From Candidatus Poribacteria bacterium (lineage in GTDB: Bacteria > Poribacteria > WGA-4E > WGA-3G): a stretch of DNA of 64,000 nucleotides. The stretch covers positions 192,001 through 256,000 of the forward strand of contig OZ219752.1 of NCBI GenBank assembly GCA_964291315.2, written 5' to 3'. Positions 21,994 through 31,455 of this stretch are shown here, in pieces (the first letter of the stretch is position 1; the number at the start of each line of letters is the position of its first letter). Position numbers and translations under genes: made by a program. The notes below the pieces were generated by a model. The model did not search any database. It saw only the letters and a list, made by a program, of their open reading frames with translations, and was not told the origin of the DNA.

Positions 21994-22079
21994 GGTCGAG
22001 TGGTGGAATCGGTAGACACAACGGACTTAAAATCCGTCGCCCTTAAACAGGTGTGAGGGTTCAAGTCCCTCCTCGACCA
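21994..22079 (+). tRNA. tRNA-Leu(TAA)
   Basis: Acceptor GGTCGAG/CTCGACC; anticodon arm ACGGA-CTTAAAA-TCCGT; long variable arm. Confidence 0.95.
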
Positions 22080-22102
22080 TGATTTGCTTTGATAGTTCTT
22101 AT

Positions 22103-22176
22103 CGCAGGGTAGAGCAGTCAGGTAGCTCGTCGGGCTCATAACCCGGAGGACGCGGGTTCAAATCCCGCCCCTGCAA
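22103..22176 (+). tRNA. Initiator tRNA-fMet(CAT)
   Basis: C1:A72 mismatch; GGG/CCC in the anticodon stem; CAT anticodon. Confidence 0.95.
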
Positions 22177-22500
22177 TTCTCCTTTCTCTCTTGCAATCTT
22201 CCTGAATTTCTTTGCGTGTTTCGGTAAGGTATCAAATGGTATCTAGAAAACACAGTTGGAAGTGCCTGTTTTTCAAACACACGCTTAGTTCTTATGAATG
22301 TCTCATCGAATTAACGATTGCATAAACTATCCTTCAACAATGGGTATCAACGCATCAACAGATTAACGGAAGCAATGCGTTCTTCAAATACACGCTCCCC
22401 AATGTGCGTGATCAGATAAAAACATTTGACTTTTTGTGTAATATATGTTACACTTAATAGTGTTTTTTACGGTGTAATTTTAAGACCTATCTGAAAAAGT

Positions 22501-22572
22501 GCCGGTGTAGCTCAGTGGTAGAGCACACGACTCATAATCGTGTTGTCCGGAGTTCAACTCTCCGCACCGGCA
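22501..22572 (+). tRNA. tRNA with CAT anticodon (Ile2 or elongator Met)
   Basis: GCCGGTG/CACCGGC acceptor; CACGA-CTCATAA-TCGTG; lies 22 bp upstream of tilS. Confidence 0.9.
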
Positions 22573-22594
22573 TCGTTCTTTTAAGGCGCACCTC

Positions 22595-24061
22595 ATGATA
22601 ACCGCCTTTATCCAACAGATGCATCGCCTTATTTTGCAGCATGCAATGATCGAGAAGGGTGAGATTGTCCTTGTTGCTGTCTCAGGGGGTGCGGACTCAC
22701 TTGCGCTTCTCTACGGTTTGCATGCCTTACGGTCGCAACTTGATTGTCTATTACACGTAGCACACTTAAATCATCGCCTTCGTTCGGACGCAGACATCGA
22801 TGCGGATTTTGTACTACATCATGCATCGCTCTTGGATTTGCCGTGTACTGTTCGATGTTCGGAGGTGCCTTGTTTGGTAAAAGAGTGGAAACTTTCAACA
22901 GAGGCAGCGGGACGCAGGGCGCGATATCAATTTTATGAGGCTGTTTGCAGGGAAGTTGGTGCTACTAAGATAGCTTTGGGACATCATCGGGACGATATCG
23001 CAGAGACAGTTTTGATGAACCTCATTCGCGGGAGCGGTGCTACCGGTTTGAAAGGTATCGCTCCAATTAGAGACGTTAAGATCATTCGGCCCCTCGTAGG
23101 ATTTACACGCGAACACATTGAAACATTTCTTACCGCTATAAGTGTGAAACCGCTGTACGACTCAACCAACACAGACAAACGCTACCTACGCAACCGTATC
23201 CGTCATGAATTGATACCGCTGCTTGAAACGTCCTACAATCCAAATATCAAAGCCGGATTAAGGCGTACTGCTGAGGTGCTAAGTGCTGAGTCGGAGTACC
23301 TTAAGATAGTCACACAGACCGCTTTTGAGACTTGTCGTATATCGGATACAGCTAAAACTAGCATGCCGGATAGCATCATCTTGGATAGGGCCAGATTTCG
23401 TGGGTACCACATGGCGTTACAGAGGCGCATGCTTCGGCAGAGCATCTTTGAGATGTTGGGTGACCTGAGCGATCTCTATTTCGTGCACGCTGAGGCAATG
23501 CTGAATCTTATCGAATCGGACACACCGCATGCTGTATTGGCGCTCCCGAACGGTTTAGAGTTCCGGAGGGTGTATCAGCAGCTCATTTTTGAGATACGTG
23601 CAACTTCAGGCTCCAAGCCGGCTATCGGGGCGGGAAGCTTCAGTTATCCGATCTGTGTTCCCGGCAACACCTTTGTCCCGGTTTTAAAAGCGGAACTCGC
23701 TGCGGAAGTAGGTGAGGTATCCTCTTATGAAACACTAGTGATACCTAATGGAAAATTCGAGGCGATATTTGATTATGAAAAATTGAGGAGTGTATTTGCA
23801 GATACATGTTCATTCACGGTGCGTAATAGACGACAAGGTGATCGGTTTCAACCGTACGGTATGCGCGGAACGAAAAAAATTAAGGATTTTTTGATAGATG
23901 TCAAGGTGCCTCGCCACGAACGCGATAGAATCCCGCTGTTGGTCTGTGGAGATACTATTCTCTGGCTGATAGGTTACACAAGCAGCGAGCTTTTCAAGCT
24001 TAAACCTAGTACGCGACAATATCTTTACTTGCGTTATGTCAGTGTCCAACCCCTTTCCTGA
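22595..24061 (+). CDS. tilS: tRNA(Ile)-lysidine synthase
   Basis: AVSGGADS PP-loop, HHRDD.AET, RNRIRH and C-terminal TilS domain. Confidence 0.97.
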   Translation: MITAFIQQMHRLILQHAMIEKGEIVLVAVSGGADSLALLYGLHALRSQLDCLLHVAHLNHRLRSDADIDADFVLHHASLLDLPCTVRCSEVPCLVKEWKLSTEAAGRRARYQFYEAVCREVGATKIALGHHRDDIAETVLMNLIRGSGATGLKGIAPIRDVKIIRPLVGFTREHIETFLTAISVKPLYDSTNTDKRYLRNRIRHELIPLLETSYNPNIKAGLRRTAEVLSAESEYLKIVTQTAFETCRISDTAKTSMPDSIILDRARFRGYHMALQRRMLRQSIFEMLGDLSDLYFVHAEAMLNLIESDTPHAVLALPNGLEFRRVYQQLIFEIRATSGSKPAIGAGSFSYPICVPGNTFVPVLKAELAAEVGEVSSYETLVIPNGKFEAIFDYEKLRSVFADTCSFTVRNRRQGDRFQPYGMRGTKKIKDFLIDVKVPRHERDRIPLLVCGDTILWLIGYTSSELFKLKPSTRQYLYLRYVSVQPLS

Positions 24062-24599
24062 ATCTGTTCTAATTTCTGAATCAAATCTTCAGAATCGTAT
24101 TCTTGAGCTCGGTGCAGAGATAGCTATGGATTACGAAAACGAGGAGCTCGTTTTGCTCTGTGTACTTAGAGGAAGTGTATTGTTTTTTGCGGATCTCGCG
24201 CGTGCTATCTTTAGAGCACAGCTTGAGAATACAATTAGAGATGTCCCGATCCGGTTCGAATTTGTGCAACTTATGAGTTATCACAACGGCAGGAGGCCTT
24301 CAAGAGTGGAACTTGTTCGTGGTGGCAGCGATTACCTCAAACAGCGACACATCTTAATTGTAGAAGATATTGTTGACACTGGACACACCTTGAAGTTTCT
24401 TTCTGAACACTTGTGGTCTCTGGACCCGAAAACCCTTAAAGTTTGCACGCTTCTTGACAAACCTTCTCGCCGTCAAGTTTCTGTCGCTATTGATTACATC
24501 GGTTTTGAGGTTCCACATGCTTTCGTTGTTGGTTATGGACTTGATTACGCGCAGCGGTATAGGAATTTGCCTTATATTGCTGTCCTGCACCCAACTTAA
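24036..24599 (+). CDS. hpt: Hypoxanthine phosphoribosyltransferase
   Basis: LIVEDIVDTGHTL and FVVGYGLDYAQRYRNLP; canonical tilS-hpt order. Confidence 0.95.
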   Translation: MSVSNPFPESVLISESNLQNRILELGAEIAMDYENEELVLLCVLRGSVLFFADLARAIFRAQLENTIRDVPIRFEFVQLMSYHNGRRPSRVELVRGGSDYLKQRHILIVEDIVDTGHTLKFLSEHLWSLDPKTLKVCTLLDKPSRRQVSVAIDYIGFEVPHAFVVGYGLDYAQRYRNLPYIAVLHPT

Positions 24600-24726
24600 A
24601 TGCTTTTAATAATGTGGGTGTAAGGCTTTTGGGTTCTTAATACCGGATAAAGTCACTTTATCGGTTGACAACAAACGTAAAATTTTGATAGAATGTTATA
24701 GAAATTCACTTTAAAAAAAGGAGTTT

Positions 24727-25500
24727 ATGATGCGTAAATTTATTTCTCTTTGCCTCTGTGGCGTTTTAATTATGGCATTTATCGTTTTCACACAAGCTCA
24801 AATGTCAGATAAAGCGCAACTGGGGCGAGAGCTTTTCCACGATCCAACCTTTAAAGGTACTATTGACCCATCAAAAGCAACGGGGCTTACTTGTGCAAAC
24901 TGCCATGCGGATTTCGATGAGACGGCAAACCCGGATGGTATAATTCGTTCAGGACACAGCGTAGTTGGAGTTCCTCATCGTGGAGAAGCCAAAAACGGGA
25001 TGATTAAAGCAGCGGATTTTGCGCGTGCAGCAGGGGGCGGAGGTTTCTGTTATGAGCACTTCTTGCAGAGAGTACCACACGCGAAAGTTAATCCTACCGC
25101 AATTCCAGCAGAACATGCCGAAGCGCTTATGGCTTACTTTCAAGTTATTTCCGGGGATAATAAAGGTCCCGAATTTGAGCTTGTGATGCTCGATAAAGAT
25201 GCAGTAAAGAAAATAGGTGCGGAAATCGCTGCTATGGATGGCGATGCTAGCAACGGTTGGCAACTTTTCGGACGCGCCTGCGTCACTTGTCATCCAACGG
25301 TTAAAAAAGCTGGGATTGGGCCTCAATTGGTCCGGTCTAGGGCACCGCGTAATATTGACGCGACGATGGCGCGCTGGGCTGGAAAAATCCGCGGAGGTGG
25401 ATCTCTCATGCCATTTTATGCCCCGGACATCCTCAGTGACCAAGACATCGCTGACATTATTACCTTCCTACGCGAAGAAATAGAAAGCATAGCAAAATAA
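24727..25500 (+). CDS. Periplasmic diheme cytochrome c
   Basis: Signal peptide; CANCH and CVTCH heme-binding motifs. Confidence 0.9.
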   Translation: MMRKFISLCLCGVLIMAFIVFTQAQMSDKAQLGRELFHDPTFKGTIDPSKATGLTCANCHADFDETANPDGIIRSGHSVVGVPHRGEAKNGMIKAADFARAAGGGGFCYEHFLQRVPHAKVNPTAIPAEHAEALMAYFQVISGDNKGPEFELVMLDKDAVKKIGAEIAAMDGDASNGWQLFGRACVTCHPTVKKAGIGPQLVRSRAPRNIDATMARWAGKIRGGGSLMPFYAPDILSDQDIADIITFLREEIESIAK

Positions 25501-25510
25501 CCATAGTTCA

Positions 25511-25534
25511 GGCTGAGAGGCACCTCTCTCAGCC
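25511..25534 (+). terminator. Hairpin downstream of the cytochrome gene
   Basis: GGCTGAGAG-gcacct-CTCTCAGCC. Confidence 0.55.
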
Positions 25535-25554
25535 CACCCCTCTATTCTACAATA

Positions 25555-25664
25555 ATGTGAGTTTGATGAATTATTTGGCTTATCTTTGGATAAAGAGGGA
25601 CCTTACAGAACCTAACAGTCTATGCTATAAAAGAACCCTCCTAAATCTTTTTTCGAACTCACGT
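25555..25664. mobile_element. MITE (110 bp) with TIRs and target-site duplication
   Basis: TIR ATGTGAGTTTGA / TCGAACTCACGT; flanked by TACAATA direct repeats (25548-25554 and 25665-25671). Confidence 0.75.
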
Positions 25665-25952
25665 TACAATATCTTTGATTATCCGTAACCAACTCTTTTC
25701 ATACTCGTTTGTTTTAGCAAGGCTTTTCAAACGGTAATAGGCTTAATTTCTGAGTCCATCTTGGTAAAGTGAATTTCACCCTTCAAGATGCATTGGACTT
25801 TCAGAAAAGAGACATCAGATCATAGAGCGACGAACAAAATCTCTGTTTTTCTCTATATGTTATGCCTATTTGCTTGATAAAGACAAGCAGTCCGTTAATT
25901 TTAGATAATATATAAACGCTTGTAGGCTTAACTATGAAGAGAGGATAGTGTT

Positions 25953-26492
25953 ATGAGAACAACTGAATTTCTTAGAGGATCTTTCTACATTCTTCTAATG
26001 GGTTTGGTATTAAACTTAGCAAGCTGTGGCGGTAGTAACGTAAACAACCCCGTATCAGCTGTAGAGACAACCGAAGAGAAGGCCAAAACTAACGATGATG
26101 TCGTTGAGCTTGCAGAAAACAAAGACGCGTCAGAGCCAACACAGAGTACCGATCTCGACATAAAAATCACTGTCACAAAGAAAACAATGGAACCCGGCAC
26201 AGAAGCGGAACTCACGGCTTCGGTGAAAGGCGTTAGAGGAACCAGTGTTTCGTTGAATTGGCTGAATATTACGAAACACGGCAAACTCTCTAACGCCAAC
26301 GAAAATGTAGTCGTCTGGACTGCTCCTGATAGCCTAAATGGGTTAAATGTTCAAGTTGAAGTTATCCAACTCGTTGTAACCGTGATCAGCGAAGTAGTTT
26401 CAGTCGAATCCGATGGAATCGATACCGATACGCAAATTTTTTCAGAAACCAAAACTGTTTTACTAACAGTTAAAAATAAAATTGGGGAATAA
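25953..26492 (+). CDS. Lipoprotein with Ig-like beta domain
   Basis: Lipobox LASC; beta-rich C-terminus. Confidence 0.8.
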   Translation: MRTTEFLRGSFYILLMGLVLNLASCGGSNVNNPVSAVETTEEKAKTNDDVVELAENKDASEPTQSTDLDIKITVTKKTMEPGTEAELTASVKGVRGTSVSLNWLNITKHGKLSNANENVVVWTAPDSLNGLNVQVEVIQLVVTVISEVVSVESDGIDTDTQIFSETKTVLLTVKNKIGE

Positions 26493-26588
26493 CAGTGCAT
26501 TTCGTAAAGATTTGCTATCTCCAATCCTGTTGACCTTGAAAAAGAAGGTCTAATCTATTTTATCTGTTAATTCATCAAATAAAATGAA

Positions 26589-27374
26589 ATGAAGAAAAAT
26601 TTAGTTCGCTTTTTTATACCTATTTTGCTCATGACCACGTTCCCTGGGATAGAGTTAGGTGCTGATGTTCAGCAACACTTGATTCAAAAAGGCGATACCT
26701 TGTGGGACCTTTCTCGGAAATATAAAGTACCCCTCAAATCGATCGCCCAAGCCAATAGGATTAAGCTGTCCACACGGCTACAAATTGGGAAAAAGCTGCT
26801 GATTCCTGGAAAATTTACTCGGGACACTTGGCATTTTGTCAAAGCAGGCGATACCTTGTGGGATATCTCGCGCGATTATAACGTGGAACTAAAGGCCTTG
26901 CAGAGAGTCAACGGTATCTCTTCGCCCCGGCAACTGCAAATTGGTACAAGAATCCGGATTCCGAATGGTGAAGCGGGTTCGCTTTTCGCAAACCCGCTCC
27001 GGGTTCCTTTGGTCGTGACTTCAAAATATGGTTACCGCACTCACCCTGTAACAGGTCGCTACCAGCTTCATGAGGGTATCGACTTCCGCGCTGCTACAGG
27101 GACCCGGGTATATGCCGCCAGAGCAGGTAAGGTAATTTTTGCCAAACGGAAAGGCGGTTACGGGAAAATGATCGGCATACAGCATGAGGACAACTTCACA
27201 ACATGGTACGGACATTTACATCGCATCAGAGTGAAAGTTGGAGAATGGGTGCCTCAGGGAAAAGTGATCGGACTCTCAGGCAACACCGGGAGTTCAACAG
27301 CACCTCACTTACATTTCGAAATCAGGCACAAAGGCAGAAGTGAAAAACCGAATCAGTATCTTACTATACAGTAG
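26589..27374 (+). CDS. LysM-LysM-M23 peptidoglycan peptidase
   Basis: Two GDTLW LysM repeats; HEGID and HLHFE zinc motifs. Confidence 0.95.
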   Translation: MKKNLVRFFIPILLMTTFPGIELGADVQQHLIQKGDTLWDLSRKYKVPLKSIAQANRIKLSTRLQIGKKLLIPGKFTRDTWHFVKAGDTLWDISRDYNVELKALQRVNGISSPRQLQIGTRIRIPNGEAGSLFANPLRVPLVVTSKYGYRTHPVTGRYQLHEGIDFRAATGTRVYAARAGKVIFAKRKGGYGKMIGIQHEDNFTTWYGHLHRIRVKVGEWVPQGKVIGLSGNTGSSTAPHLHFEIRHKGRSEKPNQYLTIQ

Positions 27375-28755
27375 CCGGGGCCGGTTATTTTTAATCTCTA
27401 TTTTTCTCTTATTGTTCTACTTTTTTTGTGGGAAAAATGCGCCCTCCGATTCGCTCAATCTAAGGCCTGAGGTTGGCACACGGGGTCTTGGATTGAGCGG
27501 TGCCTTTATTGGCAGTGCGGATGATGCAACGAGCCCGCTCTGGAATCCGGCCGGCCTCGCCACGCTGCAACGCGGCAACCTGATTTACGATCTATCCCAA
27601 GGTGCGTTCTCTATTGCATACCCGATAAAATCTATCGGCACTTTCGGTATAAACGTTCTCGATTTAAACGACAGCGACCGGTTTCTAATAAAACACACCT
27701 CTAACCCCATCGGCAGTTTTGAACTCGGTAATAATCAGGCGCTCTTCTCTTACGCAAGGAAATTCGGATTCTTGCAATTGGGTGGCAGCACTGGATATAG
27801 CCGTGCGCCTTACTACGGGAGCCTCTGGGCGCAAAATTATGACATCGGCATACTCGCGAGCCTCAACCCTTACGTTACGCTTGGGCTGCGGCTCCGGGAT
27901 ATTTCGGGGGTAACCATTCAAGATCAGAATGGAGCGGTCTTGCAGACTTTCGATCAACAGCTCGCCCTCGGGGCATCGCTTACCCCGCACCCAATCATTC
28001 GGTGGCATAACCGTGTGAACATTACTGACCCGGGTTTCGGGACGAGCTTAGAAATCGGAAACGAAAACATCGCTGCCCGGATCGGCTCAATGTTCTCTTT
28101 TACTACTGATGCACCGGTACCCGCATGGAGCATAGGGGTCTCACTCAATCAGCTCGGCAAGCAGCTACATTACACCTACCTCAACCACGAAGCCGTTGAA
28201 CATAAACACCTTATTTCCATAGGTATGTTTTTTGGAAAACAGCAAGGAGCTTCAAAGAAACCCGAAAACGGAGCACATTCCCAAAACAAACCGCTCCAGA
28301 TTGCAAAAGAATACGGCATTGATATAGAGCTCCTCCTTGCTATTGTTCACACTGAGTCCAATTTTAATCCGGTTGCTGTCTCTAAAAGCGGGGCATCAGG
28401 GCTCATGCAGCTCATGCCAGACACGGCTCGAGAACTTGGGCTTAAGGTGCCAAATTATAAGAATAAACGGAAGCCGAAGCATGATGCGAAAGTAGATGAA
28501 CGTTTTAACCCGACTAAGAACTTGCACGCCGGTTTAACATATTTCAATAAGCTCTTTAAGAAATACGGGGGGAATTTGACGTTGGCGCTCGGCGCCTACA
28601 ACGTTGGCCCCGGCAGGGTAAGGGTTCGCGGCCCCCTCATCAGCACAGGTAAGCGCTATGCCAAAAAGGTGCAAACCCGCTCTGAGCTCTATCGTGACAA
28701 AGCCGGACAGATGGAAAGTGATCTCAAGCGCTTGGAAGCGGTACTTAGCAATTAA
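27340..28755 (+). CDS. PorV/FadL-like beta-barrel domain fused to an SLT lytic transglycosylase
   Basis: GTRGLGLSGAF...DDATSPLWNPAGLA N-terminus; C-terminal HTESNFNP.AVS.SGASGLMQLMP and AYNVG. Confidence 0.8.
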   Translation: MKNRISILLYSSRGRLFLISIFLLLFYFFCGKNAPSDSLNLRPEVGTRGLGLSGAFIGSADDATSPLWNPAGLATLQRGNLIYDLSQGAFSIAYPIKSIGTFGINVLDLNDSDRFLIKHTSNPIGSFELGNNQALFSYARKFGFLQLGGSTGYSRAPYYGSLWAQNYDIGILASLNPYVTLGLRLRDISGVTIQDQNGAVLQTFDQQLALGASLTPHPIIRWHNRVNITDPGFGTSLEIGNENIAARIGSMFSFTTDAPVPAWSIGVSLNQLGKQLHYTYLNHEAVEHKHLISIGMFFGKQQGASKKPENGAHSQNKPLQIAKEYGIDIELLLAIVHTESNFNPVAVSKSGASGLMQLMPDTARELGLKVPNYKNKRKPKHDAKVDERFNPTKNLHAGLTYFNKLFKKYGGNLTLALGAYNVGPGRVRVRGPLISTGKRYAKKVQTRSELYRDKAGQMESDLKRLEAVLSN

Positions 28756-28830
28756 AGTGGGTGACGTACAGCATCTCCCAGCTACGAGGCGGGTTTGGAG
28801 TACATTCTGTTAAACTGTGCAATAGCTTTT

Positions 28831-28915
28831 GTAGCATCATTTCCTGTTAGGCTGTGCTTGTGTCCGCAAACTGACGTTTTGCGATATAGGTGTGGCATAG
28901 TCTGCTAGGCTGTGC
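28831..28915 (+). repeat. Two REP-like palindromes
   Basis: GTAGCATCATTTCCTGTTAGGCTGTGC and GTGGCATAGTCTGCTAGGCTGTGC. Confidence 0.6.
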
Positions 28916-28960
28916 AAGGTGGGGTTTGAAGCACGCCCCAACTAAGAAAGAGGAGCAAAA

Positions 28961-30223
28961 ATGAATAATATCAGATTGGCGATCGTTGGATGTGGCGGTA
29001 TGGGACACCGACACATGTATGGATTAGCGGAACTGCATCGTGCAGGATGGACACAATTTAATCTTGTTGCAGCATGTGATCCGGTCTCCGACAATGCAGA
29101 ATCTCTCGCAGCACAGGCTGAAGAACGTTTCGGTCAAAAACCCGCTGTCGTCAAGACTCTGGAAGAGCTTGCCGCGGTCGGCGTAGATGCTGTTGATGTA
29201 ACGACGACACCGCCGTACCATCACACTGTTGCTATAGAGACCCTGGCGCGCGGTTGGCACACTATGGTAGAAAAACCGATGGGACTGACAGTCCGAGCGT
29301 GCAATCTCATCCGCCGCGCCGCCGAGGCCTCGGGGGCGGTCCTCAGCGTTGCAGAAAATTACCGGCGCGACCCAATCAACCGCCTTGCAAGAGCCCTTCT
29401 CGATGCTGAGATCATCGGGCCGCCGCGACTGCTCATTCATCACGCAATCGGCGGCACAAACCGGATGACCATATCTGTGTGGCGCCACCAGAAAGATCAG
29501 AGTGGACTGCTCCTAGATGTGGGTGTCCATTTTGCGGATATGATCGAGTATCTGCTTGGTGACATTGATACGGTCTATGCGCAAACACGACTTCACGAAC
29601 CCATCCGCTACAATTCCGCAGCAGTGACGGGTGAGTCCAGCTCTAACCCCTCTGGTGTCTACACAAAATGGCAACGCCAGATGCCTGCAGAATTTCAGGC
29701 AACGGCAGAAGATGCGGCTTATGCAACCTTGACCTTCAAAAGCGGCGCTGTGGGACAATACATTGAAGACCACGGGGCATGGGGGCAAGGCGGTTGGCTC
29801 CGCAAAATCCACGGATCCCGAGGTTCCATGACGCTTCCCGGAGACCGAAGTGGTGGTCCTATTACCCTTAATATTGATGGAGAGGCGCCGCTTAGCGACG
29901 AAAAGCTCCTGAATCTCGTGCCAGAGTTTCGCTTGGATGCTGTCACAACAGAGATGTTCGGAGGCGACAGGCTCTGGAAATACGAACTGCCGTTCACACA
30001 GGTAGACGCGAAAATTATCGCCATTGAGTACGGTGACTTCGCTGAAGCCATCGCAGGAAACAGCGACGTTGAAGTCGATGCATATCAAGGGACCCGATCC
30101 GTCGCAGTCTCCTATGCCCTGCTTGAGTCGGGCGCAACCGGAGAGGTTGTTCAAATAGATGACATGCTGGACGAGTCAATTAATACATACCAACGCGAAA
30201 TTGACGAAGGATTAGGGATTTAA
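28961..30223 (+). CDS. Gfo/Idh/MocA oxidoreductase
   Basis: IVGCGGMG, VEKP and DVGVH. Confidence 0.93.
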   Translation: MNNIRLAIVGCGGMGHRHMYGLAELHRAGWTQFNLVAACDPVSDNAESLAAQAEERFGQKPAVVKTLEELAAVGVDAVDVTTTPPYHHTVAIETLARGWHTMVEKPMGLTVRACNLIRRAAEASGAVLSVAENYRRDPINRLARALLDAEIIGPPRLLIHHAIGGTNRMTISVWRHQKDQSGLLLDVGVHFADMIEYLLGDIDTVYAQTRLHEPIRYNSAAVTGESSSNPSGVYTKWQRQMPAEFQATAEDAAYATLTFKSGAVGQYIEDHGAWGQGGWLRKIHGSRGSMTLPGDRSGGPITLNIDGEAPLSDEKLLNLVPEFRLDAVTTEMFGGDRLWKYELPFTQVDAKIIAIEYGDFAEAIAGNSDVEVDAYQGTRSVAVSYALLESGATGEVVQIDDMLDESINTYQREIDEGLGI

Positions 30224-30257
30224 ACCTCTCAATCTGCCTTATAGCTCAGTCTCTCTT

Positions 30258-30281
30258 GTAGCATAGACTGTGAGTCTGTGC
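30258..30281 (+). repeat. REP-like palindrome
   Basis: GTAGCATAGACTGTGAGTCTGTGC. Confidence 0.7.
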
Positions 30282-30403
30282 AACTGTGCTTGTAGGCTGC
30301 TTTTTTGTAAAGTGTCTGCAAATCTGAAAGAAGTTGACCCCCAATCAAATTGCCGATATAATATTTGCTATTCTATCGATAGGCGGTTCGGCTTTTTTTA
30401 AAG

Positions 30404-30432
30404 TTGACAAAAGATTAAAATAGGCGTATAAT
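30404..30432 (+). promoter_or_regulatory. Sigma-70 promoter
   Basis: TTGACA-17 nt-TATAAT; homologous to the minus-strand promoter at 63716-63746. Confidence 0.7.
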
Positions 30433-30604
30433 TTAATTTGACAGAACATCGAAATAGGTGTAAAAATTAATATTGTATTAAAACGCGGGCTTGATAATTA
30501 TTGAGATGTTCTTTGTTGGACAGAGAGCTTTTGCATAGTCGAACGGCTTATACTGCAAGCGTTGCAGAGGCACAGGTAACCAAAAATATTCGTGAGAGGG
30601 GTGC

Positions 30605-31042
30605 GTGATGAAACAGGTATTTGTAATCTGTGTATTCTTTTTTGTGCTTGCCTCGCCTGTGTTCTGTGAGTTAACGGATGCCGATCTGAATAAGATCCGG
30701 TTGATCATCAACGAGGAGCTGAAGCCGATAAGAGCCGACATCGTGACCTTAAAGACTCAAGTCGCTGCCCTCAATGGGCGCATCGACGGCATAAATGGGC
30801 GCATCGACGGTGTAGAAGGACGCATCGACGCTGTAAACGGGCGCATCGACGGTGTAGAAAGACGCATTGGCGGTATAGAAAAAATGATGACGTGGTTGAT
30901 GGTAATAATAGGGGTCGTCATCGGGCTGCCGCAGGTGATCATGATGTGGCGCATGAGAAAAGAACGTATCTTCGAAAAGCAGATTGAGGCGCTGGCAGCA
31001 GATATAGAGACCCTCAAGCAACAACGGATCGTCCAACCATAA
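30605..31042 (+). CDS. Coiled-coil heptad-repeat membrane protein
   Basis: Signal peptide; about five (N/E)GRIDG(I/V) 21-bp tandem repeats; C-terminal TM helix. Confidence 0.8.
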   Translation: MMKQVFVICVFFFVLASPVFCELTDADLNKIRLIINEELKPIRADIVTLKTQVAALNGRIDGINGRIDGVEGRIDAVNGRIDGVERRIGGIEKMMTWLMVIIGVVIGLPQVIMMWRMRKERIFEKQIEALAADIETLKQQRIVQP

Positions 31043-31085
31043 CCGGCAGAGGCAGCGGCTCGGTATTTGATATAGGGTAGAAACG

Positions 31086-31244
31086 ATGGGAAGCTTTCAT
31101 ATAGACATGGATATGAGTAGATGCTCGTCAGTTGTTCTTCTGCGGCATGCGTGCTGTGTTAGTTCTGTGTGCTGCGTGCGTTCCGTTGATCTGTGTTGTG
31201 ATGTTAACATGCATTTACCCCCTTCCTGTATCCACATAAGTTGA
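31086..31244 (+). CDS. Putative Cys-rich leader peptide (uORF, 52 aa)
   Basis: MGSFHIDMDMSRCSSVVLLRHACCVSSVCCVRSVDLCCDVNMHLPPSCIHIS*; paralog at 63511..63660. Confidence 0.5.
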   Translation: MGSFHIDMDMSRCSSVVLLRHACCVSSVCCVRSVDLCCDVNMHLPPSCIHIS

Positions 31245-31455
31245 GCGTTTTGGTTTATATATTTTTCACCGAACTGCGTCGGCGTTTGCGTCTGTCGCGG
31301 TTTTTTTGCGCCTGCGCGTGCCTTAGCCTATGCTACGGAAGAGGTAGCATAGACTCATAACCTATATTACAGATAGATATAATAACAAACCCTCTTGTCC
31401 ACGCTTGTGTTGGAAGAGAGGGACCTTAAACCCTATAACAGAGGAGTATTTACCA

